Assembly (NCBI GenBank): GCA_024279935.1
Contig: JAJRQZ010000151.1
Location: 7,455-31,454, forward strand
Reading direction: 5' to 3'
Source: Bacteroidota bacterium
GTDB taxonomy: Bacteria; Bacteroidota; Bacteroidia; Bacteroidales; F082
Length of the DNA: 24,000 nucleotides
The notes beneath the pieces were generated by a model. The model saw only the letters and a list, made by a program, of their open reading frames with translations. It ran no database searches and was not told where the DNA came from. The position numbers were made by a program, and so were the translations under genes. Shown piece by piece: positions 16,914 to 24,000 of the stretch (positions within the stretch are counted from its first letter, which is position 1; the number at the start of each line of letters is the position of its first letter).

Positions 16914-17342
16914 TCATTTAAGTTCAATAAGCATTAGTTCGTCATCCTGCAGCACGGCATCGGATATGGCTACATTTATTTTGGAAATAACGCCGTCTTT
17001 TTCCGACATCAGGTCGTTTTCCATTTTCATTGCCTCGTATTGCAATAGCTTGTCGCCTTTTTTAATTTCATCGCCTTCTTTCACATACAATTGCAAAATA
17101 TTGCCCGGCAGAGGTGCTTTTACCTTAAACAGGCCTTCGTCAACTTTTTTTATTTTGTCGGATCCCGCTGCATGCTTGATGGCCGGACGCTTCAAGATAG
17201 GCGTCTTTGATACTACTGTTTCTTTCTTGAGCTCAACCTGATAACAAGTTCCGTTGACTTCAATCCTGGCAATGTTGCCCTCAAGTTTCTTGACGTCAAC
17301 TTCGTATTCGTTGCCTCTTATGTTAAATTTGAATTTATGCAT
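16914..17342 (-). CDS. mmdC: biotin carboxyl carrier subunit of the decarboxylase (MmdC/OadA-C-terminal type)
   Basis: 142-aa ORF ending in a biotinyl domain with the biotin attachment motif LQYEAMKMEN. Confidence 0.85.
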   Translation of the reverse strand: MHKFKFNIRGNEYEVDVKKLEGNIARIEVNGTCYQVELKKETVVSKTPILKRPAIKHAAGSDKIKKVDEGLFKVKAPLPGNILQLYVKEGDEIKKGDKLLQYEAMKMENDLMSEKDGVISKINVAISDAVLQDDELMLIELK

Positions 17343-17345
17343 TTC

Positions 17346-17705
17346 TTATCTGTTGAAATTTCTCATCCCATAGATTTTCGAGCTCCATGGAGTATATGTC
17401 TTCGATATTTTTTTAATAGTGATTTTTCCGCTTTCCTCATCATGCAACAGGGTATGCAGATAAAGGGCCATTGCAATGGCTGCGGACACTTCCCCTGTGA
17501 TTTGGATTTCGTCCTCCTTTATCTGGTCTAGCCTTCCTTCTTTGGCCAAATGCCTTTTTGTCCGGGCGAGGAGGATTTTTGATACTGCTGTGAAAACGTA
17601 AAACAAAACCACCAGTGCGGCAAAAACGATCACATATCCTGTAATCGCAATCGTTATCCCTTGTTCCAGAAAGTCGGGTATTTCGAATAATAAAGTCATG
17701 TTCAA
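17346..17705 (-). CDS. OadG-like small membrane subunit of the decarboxylase
   Basis: 119-aa ORF with a single N-terminal TM helix (ITIAITGYVIVFAALVVLFYVF). Its position between the carboxyltransferase and biotin carrier genes matches known Na+-decarboxylase operons. Confidence 0.7.
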   Translation of the reverse strand: MNMTLLFEIPDFLEQGITIAITGYVIVFAALVVLFYVFTAVSKILLARTKRHLAKEGRLDQIKEDEIQITGEVSAAIAMALYLHTLLHDEESGKITIKKISKTYTPWSSKIYGMRNFNR

Positions 17706-17709
17706 TATT

Positions 17710-19269
17710 TTAAAGAGGTATGTTCGAGTGCTTTTTTAGAGGGTTGACATCCTTTTTGGTGGCCAACACTTTTAACGCGCGGATAATCCTGAAACGGGTG
17801 TTTCTTGGTTCGATGACATCGTCGATAAAACCGTAGCTTGCCGCTTCAAAAGGGTTTGCGAATTTATCGCGATAAGCAGTTTCCTTTTCAAGTATGTATT
17901 TTTCCTTTTCCTCCGGGCTTTCTATGGACTTCAGGTTTTTGCCTTCCAGTATCTCGACGGCGCCCTCAGGGCCCATAACAGCAATTTCCGCCGAGGGCCA
18001 CGCATAGTTTATGTCGCCGCGAAGCTGTTTCGAGCCCATTACATCATGGGCGCCGCCATAAGATTTACGCAGGGTGATGGTTATTTTCGGGACGGTGGCT
18101 TCGCCATAGGCAAACAACAGTTTTGCACCATGAAGGATTATTCCTCCGTATTCCTGGGCGCTTCCCGGAAGGAAGCCGGGAACATCCACAAGTGTAATGA
18201 TGGGTATGTTGAAGCCATCGCAAAACCGGACAAACCGGGCTGCTTTGCGCGAGGCGTTTATGTCCAAGACCCCTGCAAGGAAATTTGGCTGGTTGGCGAC
18301 CATGCCTACGGGCATGCCGTTGAACTTGGCAAAACCGCATACTATGTTTGCGGCATAATTCCGCTGGACTTCCAAAAACTCGGAATAGTCAACTATGGCG
18401 TAAATAACGTCTTTTACGTTATAGGGCTTGGTATTTGTGTCGGGGATAATTTCGTTCAGCAGGTCTTCTTTCCTGTCTATCGGGTCGTCGCAGTCGGTTG
18501 TTATGGGATCTTCCATGTTGTTTTGCGGGAGGACGGAAAGAAGTTTTCTGAGGATGAGGAAGCCTTCTTCCTCGTCCTCGCTGATAAAATGCGCCACTCC
18601 AGATTTTTTGCCGTGGACATCGGCCCCGCCCAGGTCTTCGGTGGTAATATCCTCACCGGTAACGGTTTTGGCAACCTTGGGGCCGGTAACGAACATATAG
18701 GCGTTTTCCTTGTTCATGAGGATAAAGTCGGTTAGGGCAGGCGAATAAACAGCACCTCCGGCACAAGGCCCTAAAATGGCCGATAACTGGGGGATAACGC
18801 CCGAGGCCATTATGTTGCGCTGGAAAATCTCGGCATAGCCGGCCAGGCTTTTTACCCCTTCCTGGATACGTGCCCCGCCACTGTCGTTGATGCCGATAAC
18901 AGGGGCGCCGACCTTAAGTGCCTGATCCATTATCTTACAGATTTTTTTTGCGTAACTCTCTGATAGAGAGCCGCCAAGTATAGTAAAATCCTGTGAGAAA
19001 ACATAAACGATCCTCCCGTCGATGGTTCCATGCCCTGTGATTACCCCATCGGTCAAAAACTGTTGCTTGTCGAGCCCGAACTCATTCGAGTGGTGAGTTG
19101 CGAACATATCGTATTCTTCAAAGCTGCCTTCGTCCAGCAGCAGGTGGATGCGCTCGCGGGCAGTATATTTCCCCTTTGCCTTCTGCGATTCGATGCGCTT
19201 TTCGCCCCCTGCCGAATAAGCTTCCTCCCTCTTGTTAAGAAGCTTTTGTATGTTATCTTCAATGGTCAT
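17710..19269 (-). CDS. mmdA: methylmalonyl-CoA decarboxylase alpha subunit / acyl-CoA carboxyltransferase
   Basis: 519-aa ORF of the carboxyltransferase (PccB/MmdA) family, with [26 protein letters not shown] and [11 protein letters not shown]. Confidence 0.9.
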   Translation of the reverse strand: MTIEDNIQKLLNKREEAYSAGGEKRIESQKAKGKYTARERIHLLLDEGSFEEYDMFATHHSNEFGLDKQQFLTDGVITGHGTIDGRIVYVFSQDFTILGGSLSESYAKKICKIMDQALKVGAPVIGINDSGGARIQEGVKSLAGYAEIFQRNIMASGVIPQLSAILGPCAGGAVYSPALTDFILMNKENAYMFVTGPKVAKTVTGEDITTEDLGGADVHGKKSGVAHFISEDEEEGFLILRKLLSVLPQNNMEDPITTDCDDPIDRKEDLLNEIIPDTNTKPYNVKDVIYAIVDYSEFLEVQRNYAANIVCGFAKFNGMPVGMVANQPNFLAGVLDINASRKAARFVRFCDGFNIPIITLVDVPGFLPGSAQEYGGIILHGAKLLFAYGEATVPKITITLRKSYGGAHDVMGSKQLRGDINYAWPSAEIAVMGPEGAVEILEGKNLKSIESPEEKEKYILEKETAYRDKFANPFEAASYGFIDDVIEPRNTRFRIIRALKVLATKKDVNPLKKHSNIPL

Positions 19270-19390
19270 TATAATATGTTTTTACTTTACGTGATGTAAG
19301 TGAAATGTTCTTGTTTAATAAGATTCGGGATTTGATAAACTGTTTTGATTAAGATTTATCGTTAAGCTGTCTTGATAATGATAAAATATC

Positions 19391-19807
19391 TTATTTGTCG
19401 TTTGGGTTTTCACATAATTCCGTGAGGACACCAAAGGTTGACTTGGGGTGCAAGAATGCGATGTTCAAACCTTCAGCCCCCTTACGTGGTTTTTTGTCGA
19501 TTAAGCGAAGGCCTTTTTCTTCGGCTTCGTCGAGCGAGTTTTGAACGCCATTGACAGTTGCAAAAGCTATATGGTGGACGCCCTCGCCTCTTTTTTCGAT
19601 AAACTTGGCAACCGCTCCTTTTGGATCGGTGCTCTCCAATAATTCAAGCTTGGTCATGCCTATCTTAAAAAAGGCTGTTTTTACTTTTTGATCCTTTACT
19701 TCCTCAACGGCGTAACATTTGAGGCCAAGTACGTCCTCGTAGTAACTAATAGCCTGTTCAAGGTTCTGTACCGCAATGCCAATATGTTCAATATGAGATA
19801 GTTCCAT
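19391..19807 (-). CDS. mce: methylmalonyl-CoA epimerase (VOC/glyoxalase fold)
   Basis: The protein reads MELSHIEHIGIAVQNLEQAISYYEDVLGL...GVHHIAF...FLHPKSTFGVLTELCE. I place the start at ATG 19807 because the track's GTG start (19837) overlaps the -7 box. Confidence 0.85.
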   Translation of the reverse strand: MELSHIEHIGIAVQNLEQAISYYEDVLGLKCYAVEEVKDQKVKTAFFKIGMTKLELLESTDPKGAVAKFIEKRGEGVHHIAFATVNGVQNSLDEAEEKGLRLIDKKPRKGAEGLNIAFLHPKSTFGVLTELCENPNDK

Positions 19808-19836
19808 TATCGACCCTTTTTTTGTTAAATAATTCA

Positions 19837-19844
19837 CAAAAGTA
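19837..19844 (-). promoter_or_regulatory. candidate -7 box (TActTTTG) for the epimerase-decarboxylase operon
   Basis: Plus-strand CAAAAGTA equals minus-strand TACTTTTG, an exact TAnnTTTG match 30 nt upstream of ATG 19807. Confidence 0.4.
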
Positions 19845-19963
19845 TATATTATTTTATAAGGACAAGTTATTATTTTGTTATTTTTTTGTTTATATGGATT
19901 CTTTTTTTTGCCCTGTTTGGGGGATAAAATAAAAATGAGTTTATTTTAGGGTCGGTACAAAAA

Positions 19964-21763
19964 TTAATTGTCGGGTGTTATCCCCATTTTCTTCATTAAA
20001 AAAGTGGCGTTCAGGTTTTGGGAAACGCCATCTTTGATTTTATAGTCGAACACAAGTTCGTTATTGGTTATTTCAACCTCGAAACGTTTGTTGGTGATAT
20101 TTTCCGGAAATTCCATGACTAGCTTGCCCAGCTCCAGGTCGTGGGTGGCAATTATCCCCGAGGCGTTCAGGTGAAGAAGCTGTTTTATCAATCCCAAAGA
20201 TCCTTTTTGCTTGTCGGCTGAATTTGTCCCGCGCAAGATCTCATCGAGGATAATGAAAAGTTTTTCGCCATTTTCGAGCCTGCTGATGATTTGCTTGAGT
20301 CGCTTAAGCTCGGCAAAGAAATATGATTCGCCGTCCTGAAGCGAATCAGAGGTTTTTATTCCTGTGATAATTTCAACAGGCTTAAAGGCAAAACTATCGG
20401 CTAATACCGCCGAACCGGTCATGGCAAGCAGAAGATTGACGCCCACAGTACGCAAATATGTACTTTTTCCGGCCATGTTGGCTCCCGTAATTAGGTTGAA
20501 CTGTCGCCAGCCGCTTATGTCTATCGGATTGCCTATATTCTTGTTTCCAAGCAAAAACGGATGTCTGGCATTTTGTGCCATCACAATGAAACTTCCCGAA
20601 ATTGTTGGAATAGTAGTTAATTGGAATGCATAATTGAAACCTGCGAAACTGTTTAATTCATCGATAAGGGCCAAGTTATCGAACCACGACTTTAACTTGG
20701 CCGAATTTTGGTTTTTCCATTTGTCGAGACGTATCAGCTGCCTGACATCCCACAGGAAAAAAACATTCAGCAGCAAGCCCATTATCATGTTTAAGCGATA
20801 ATCGAAAGAAGACATTATTTTGGATAAATGCTTTATTTCGCTATCGGCAGAATGCTCGGAACTACTGAGAACGTTTTTGATTTCCGATAGCAGTTGACTA
20901 TCAAAACTTTCGTTTTCAATTATTTTAAAGAGCGATGAGTATTTTTCGAGCAATTTTGTTTTCCTGCTCATAAGAGCATACTTTTTGTTGATGTCGGCCA
21001 ACTTAGGCCCGAGCAGTAATAGTGGCATCAACAAGAAAAGAAGAAAAAAAGAAGAACTGATGATTCCCAGGCTGATTAGCCCAATAGTTATAATTCCAAC
21101 AAAAGGGTTAACAATAAGCATACTTCTATAAAGTAAAGTGTTTAAACCCGATGTTTTTTGTTGTGCCCAGTCCATCAGCCCGTCAAGATCACCCGGACTT
21201 TCAGCATTAAGTTTTCCTTTTGCCTGAAAATGCTGCCGCCAAAGGTTTTTTCCTTTCAGCTCGGCAACAGCCTCCTGCCTGCCTGCTATAAGTTTTTCAT
21301 CTTTGACCGGGTTCTTTAGTGTCGCGGCAAGCTTGTTTTTCCCACTTAAAGTGGAAGTGCGGTTTAATAAGCGAAAAACTGATTTCTTGCCAAAAACATC
21401 CAAATCAGTTGCAAAAGGATGATTATCGTCAATAAATTCAATACCGGAATTTTCGACCTTGGCCTCCATTTTCAAAATACTGATTTCTTCTTCGTTGACC
21501 TTAATTAACATTTCGACCCACCTTTTTTGTTTATATAGATTTAAATGCCTGTTAACCAGGATGATAAATAAAGCCACACCGACAAAAAAACAGATTAGAA
21601 CACTTAAGGTATTGATGTGTGTCGTGAGATATACGGCAAGGATTGTTGTGGCGAAAACGATGATTCTTAAAATTGATGTTGAGCGAATCTTGTTTTTTAT
21701 AAGCTTGTTCCGATCTGTATATTCGTTAAGATTGTGCTTGAAATAATCAGTTGGATATTGCAT
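19964..21763 (-). CDS. MutS-related ATPase (MutS domain V only) with four predicted TM helices
   Basis: 599-aa ORF. Walker A is GANMAGKST (20459-20485), Walker B is LFIILDEILRGTN, and ATHDLEL is present, all typical of the MutS ATPase domain. TM pairs lie at about aa 31-70 and 212-252. I see no mismatch-binding domain I and no Smr domain. Confidence 0.8.
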   Translation of the reverse strand: MQYPTDYFKHNLNEYTDRNKLIKNKIRSTSILRIIVFATTILAVYLTTHINTLSVLICFFVGVALFIILVNRHLNLYKQKRWVEMLIKVNEEEISILKMEAKVENSGIEFIDDNHPFATDLDVFGKKSVFRLLNRTSTLSGKNKLAATLKNPVKDEKLIAGRQEAVAELKGKNLWRQHFQAKGKLNAESPGDLDGLMDWAQQKTSGLNTLLYRSMLIVNPFVGIITIGLISLGIISSSFFLLFLLMPLLLLGPKLADINKKYALMSRKTKLLEKYSSLFKIIENESFDSQLLSEIKNVLSSSEHSADSEIKHLSKIMSSFDYRLNMIMGLLLNVFFLWDVRQLIRLDKWKNQNSAKLKSWFDNLALIDELNSFAGFNYAFQLTTIPTISGSFIVMAQNARHPFLLGNKNIGNPIDISGWRQFNLITGANMAGKSTYLRTVGVNLLLAMTGSAVLADSFAFKPVEIITGIKTSDSLQDGESYFFAELKRLKQIISRLENGEKLFIILDEILRGTNSADKQKGSLGLIKQLLHLNASGIIATHDLELGKLVMEFPENITNKRFEVEITNNELVFDYKIKDGVSQNLNATFLMKKMGITPDN

Positions 21764-21780
21764 TATTTATTAATTTGAAG

Positions 21781-21788
21781 CAAAATTA
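21781..21788 (-). promoter_or_regulatory. candidate -7 box (TAatTTTG) for the MutS-related gene
   Basis: Plus-strand CAAAATTA equals minus-strand TAATTTTG, an exact TAnnTTTG match 18 nt upstream of ATG 21763. Confidence 0.4.
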
Positions 21789-21923
21789 AGTAATAATGAT
21801 TGATCTAGGTATCAGTTAGGATTAATTAGCAATTTTTAATAGGGTGATAATATTATCGAAACATCCAGGCCTGATTTATAATTTATAATTTGTATTTTGC
21901 GGCACTAATTAAAAAGAAAAAAT

Positions 21924-22352
21924 ATGTACAACATAATTCAACATTCTCATTCAGGCCTGATGTGGCTTATAATAGTTATGCTGCTTATTAGCGTGATTGT
22001 TAGCCTTATAGCCATGTTTAAAAAACAAGAAACCCCAACGCCTTTTTCCAAGGTTATTTTTCAAACCACCAAATGGATGGTTTATCTGCAATTTGTCATG
22101 GGTGCTGCATTGCTGTTTTTAAGCCCTAAGGTTCATTATGAATCGGGCTTTATGAAATCGGGGACGCTACGCTTTTATGGTATGGAGCACCCATTGCTAA
22201 TGCTGGTTGCAACGGGTTGAATGGCTATGGGCTTATTTTTCGCCAAGCGGAAACCGACATCCTTTAAAAAGAACAGGTCTATCGTTGTTTATTTTAGCAT
22301 TGCACTGATAATTATTGCGATGATGATTCCGTGGAATGCGGTTTTGTCATGA
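21924..22352 (+). pseudogene. small 4-TM membrane protein interrupted by an in-frame TGA at 22218-22220
   Basis: Track ORF 21924..22220 ends ...EHPLLMLVATG*. The same frame continues MAMGLFFAKRKPTSFKKNRSIVVYFSIALIIIAMMIPWNAVLS* to 22352. The stop falls inside a hydrophobic helix, and the downstream part supplies a further TM helix. Confidence 0.65.
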
Positions 22353-22510
22353 TTCTTTATAATAATCCCTTAATTGTTTTCCGTTTATCCGAAATTTGAG
22401 ATTCGTTTATATTATAAATATTAGGTGCCCGCAACTTGTTGATTCGGTATTTATGGTTGTGTTACAGTCAATTACGGAAATCGTTTGTCGAAAACGGTAT
22501 TTTGTTTAGT

Positions 22511-22700
22511 CAACGGCAGGGAAAGGTACTGGGCGCCGCCCTCTTTGTAGAACAGCCCGCACAGCATGTGCCTGAGCTGCAGCGCACCGCCCTCTTAAAC
22601 ATTGCTCTTCGGATCGTTCGGGAATTTAATAGAACGGTGCGCTGCAGCTCGATGCCGGCTTGGTGTATCTTGCTACAAACATTGCGCTGTGCTGCAACTT
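22511..22700. ncRNA. candidate structured RNA or repeat element of unknown class (strand undetermined)
   Basis: A GC-rich patch sits in an AT-rich 455-bp spacer between convergent genes. It has a perfect 16-bp inverted repeat (22574-22589 / 22635-22650) with a pairable apex, and a 10-nt direct repeat CCGCCCTCTT (22536-22545, 22587-22596). I recognise no protein family in either overlapping ORF. Confidence 0.3.
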
Positions 22701-22756
22701 TTGTTTGTTCGGATGTTTTCTGTGCAAAATATCTAAAATTGCATATAACCATTCAC

Positions 22757-22788
22757 AAAAAAAGGGGTTACATAAAACATAACCCCTT
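22757..22788 (-). terminator. rho-independent terminator of the T9SS adhesin-like gene
   Basis: The stem is AAGGGGTTA (22762-22770) / TAACCCCTT (22780-22788) with a 9-nt loop. On the minus strand it is followed by TTTTTTTG (plus-strand A-run 22757-22763). It lies 20 nt after the stop at 22809. Confidence 0.8.
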
Positions 22789-22808
22789 CTGTAATTTGAC
22801 AAAAACCC

Positions 22809-24000
22809 TTATTTACGGATAATGATTTTCTTATCTAAGACATAATTGCTTCCACTAACAAATATGGTATAAATGCCATTGGAAACATTATTTAAGCTTA
22901 TCTGTTTTTTAATGCTATTGTTAACAACGACGTCATCCTCCTGAAATACTACTCTTCCGGTAACATCCGTGATTTTAATGTTGACTTTTTCCCTGGCGAC
23001 ACTTTGTATGTTCATGTTTAATGTACCATTCGAAGGGTTAGGATAGATACTTATATCAACCTTTGCCAGGTTTTCGTTGATACCTGTACAGTCGAGGAAT
23101 TCGACTTGAATTACGTCATCTGCCGGGCAGCCGAATTCGGAAGTAACAACAACGCTGATATTTTGAACGCCATAACCGCTAGCTGTTGTGTCAACGGTAA
23201 TGATTTGTGTTTCTTCACCTGTTGACCAAAGATATGTAGAACCTTCGTTACCGGCATCAAGGGTGATATTGCTGCTTCCGCAAAGTGTTGTGTCAACACC
23301 TAGGTCAACTACGGGCAGGGAAGCAAAGTTGATTTGGATATCGCCTCTTGTTGTACATCCCGAGCTGTTGGTTACGTCAACCCAAAACTCGATAATGCCG
23401 CTACCTGTTGCAACAATTGTTTGTGTGTCTTCTCCTGTTGACCACATATAAGAAGCACCCTCGTTACCGGCATCAAGAACATATTCGCTCTCGTCGCATA
23501 ATATCAAATCATCGCCAAGGCTGACCACCGGCAGCTCGCTAACAGTTATTTCAACCGTATCCACCATTGTTATAATACCGTCGTTAACGGCAATTATATA
23601 GGAAGTGTTTACCTCAGGCACTGCCGTTACCGTCTGAAGATCGGAAGTAAACCCTTCAGGTATTGATGTCCAGCTATAAACATAATTTCCGCTTCCCCCG
23701 TCAGGTGTTACCGTAAGCGTTGTTTCTTCGCCCAGGCATACGTTGGTAGGCTCTGCCGAGGCAACAATCTGCAGATCGGTAACATTCATGGTAACCGGTA
23801 TGCTATAAAACGGATTCGCCAGATCGTTGGTCCTAAGTTTGACCATATCTGTATAAACTCCTTGTTCCAGATCCGTTGCATCGAAGTTGAGCGCAACAAT
23901 CATAGAATCGCCGGTAGCAACAACTCCCTCGTCGGGAACAAGGCTCAGCCAATCAGCGATCAATAACGAATAGTCTTCCGTTTCCCCGTATTTGGTATCG
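22809..24000 (-). CDS. T9SS-sorted adhesin-like protein with tandem Cys-framed modules (5' end outside window)
   Basis: The frame stays open upstream of the track's TTG start to the window edge (...DTKYGETEDYSLLIADWLS...). It has Ig-like segments, two tandem ~72-77-aa modules, and the Por-type C-terminal domain ISIYPNPSNGTLNMNI...ITDVTGRVVF...NGIYTIFVSG. Confidence 0.85.
   Translation of the reverse strand, partial: DTKYGETEDYSLLIADWLSLVPDEGVVATGDSMIVALNFDATDLEQGVYTDMVKLRTNDLANPFYSIPVTMNVTDLQIVASAEPTNVCLGEETTLTVTPDGGSGNYVYSWTSIPEGFTSDLQTVTAVPEVNTSYIIAVNDGIITMVDTVEITVSELPVVSLGDDLILCDESEYVLDAGNEGASYMWSTGEDTQTIVATGSGIIEFWVDVTNSSGCTTRGDIQINFASLPVVDLGVDTTLCGSSNITLDAGNEGSTYLWSTGEETQIITVDTTASGYGVQNISVVVTSEFGCPADDVIQVEFLDCTGINENLAKVDISIYPNPSNGTLNMNIQSVAREKVNIKITDVTGRVVFQEDDVVVNNSIKKQISLNNVSNGIYTIFVSGSNYVLDKKIIIRK
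23088..23534 (-). repeat. tandem duplication of a ~72-77-aa coding module
   Basis: Unit 1 reads LPVVSLGDDLILCDESEYVLDAGNEGASYMWSTGEDTQTIVA...GC.... Unit 2 reads LPVVDLGVDTTLCGSSNITLDAGNEGSTYLWSTGEETQIITV...GC.... The similarity is also visible at the nucleotide level (for example ...GTTACCGGCATCAAG... in both units). Confidence 0.8.

Noticed and set aside
19896-19925. TTTTTTTTGCCCTGTTTGGGGG, considered as a terminator for the MutS-related gene.
   Set aside because: The stem is only 3 bp (CCC/GGG). The T-run precedes the stem on the plus strand, and an A-run rather than a U-run follows it on the minus strand, so it does not fit an intrinsic terminator in either direction.
21862-21961. Near-identical 14-mer CAT(C/T)CAGGCCTGAT at 21862-21875 (upstream spacer) and 21948-21961 (codons 9-13 of the 4-TM gene).
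   Set aside because: It is a direct repeat, not an inverted one, so it cannot form a leader-CDS pairing. It is a single short pair with one mismatch, and I see no functional rationale beyond a small local duplication.
22218-22260. Selenocysteine insertion at the in-frame TGA of the 4-TM protein.
   Set aside because: The codon lies inside a hydrophobic helix. The only nearby pairing (GCTT...AAGC) is a weak 4-bp stem and does not look like a bacterial SECIS. No redox motif surrounds the site.
22515-22566. Superficial resemblance of GGGAAAGGTACTGGGCGCC to the RNase P CR-I box (GAGGAAAGTCCGGGC), and of GGGAA...CAGCCCGCACAGC to the cobalamin riboswitch core.
   Set aside because: The near-invariant AGGAAAGUCC of RNase P is not matched. 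No B12 box (GCCACTG / AGCCAGGA..CCTGCC) is present, no ACAGAACCCGGCTTA-type CR-V is intact, and there is no downstream gene for a riboswitch to control.
22436-22822. Track ORFs of 128 aa (+) and 80 aa (-, 22510..22752) in the convergent spacer, considered as possible small protein genes.
   Set aside because: The translations are Cys/Arg-rich and have no recognisable fold or family. The plus-strand ORF runs through the neighbour's terminator hairpin and overlaps its stop. Both ORFs coincide with the GC-rich inverted-repeat patch. Open frames on both strands fit a GC-rich non-coding element better than a gene.
1-24000. A scan of the whole window for tRNA/rRNA genes, integrase or transposase ORFs, terminal inverted repeats of IS elements, toxin-antitoxin pairs, and known defence operons.
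   Set aside because: I found none by eye. There is no GGTTCGAATCC-type T-arm in a cloverleaf context, no DDE, tyrosine or serine recombinase motifs in any ORF of the track, and no cas genes. A computational scan (tRNAscan-SE, ISfinder, DefenseFinder/PADLOC) would be needed to be definitive.

Overview
This 24-kb chromosomal window looks Bacteroidota-derived. Three proteins end in T9SS (Por-type) C-terminal sorting domains, and several genes are preceded by exact TAnnTTTG -7 boxes. Gene order: mreC-mreB, purH, an FtsX/MacB-type ABC permease, recJ, an HdeD/DUF308-like membrane protein, a tryptophanase/tyrosine phenol-lyase family enzyme, three small genes and udk. Next comes a visibly AT-rich ~5-kb stretch (about 10.46-15.56 kb). 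It carries a stand-alone AAA+ ATPase with a C-terminal PD-(D/E)xK-like motif, preceded by a 3 x 33-bp tandem repeat. It also carries a 27-codon relic of the mmdB/oadB 3' end and two T9SS beta-propeller cargo genes, one of them decayed. After that come a complete Na+-translocating methylmalonyl-CoA decarboxylase operon (epimerase, carboxyltransferase, OadG-like, biotin carrier, beta subunit), a membrane-anchored MutS-domain-V ATPase, a small 4-TM protein, a GC-rich strongly structured non-coding element in a 455-bp convergent spacer, and a partial T9SS adhesin-like gene. Four things deserve a second look. (i) A 53-bp perfect direct repeat and a mosaic mmdB relic bracket the 3.5-kb T9SS cassette. 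(ii) The ATPase/nuclease-like gene sits behind phased repeats inside the low-GC stretch. (iii) The structured intergenic element matches no RNA class I recognise. (iv) Seven ORF-breaking lesions (3 in-frame stops, 4 frameshifts at short single-base repeats or runs) fall in five genes, including mreB and recJ; they may be sequencing artefacts or real decay. I saw no tRNA, rRNA, CRISPR array, integrase or transposase, and I could not identify a clear multi-gene novel system. All family calls come from reading the translations by eye; no searches were run.
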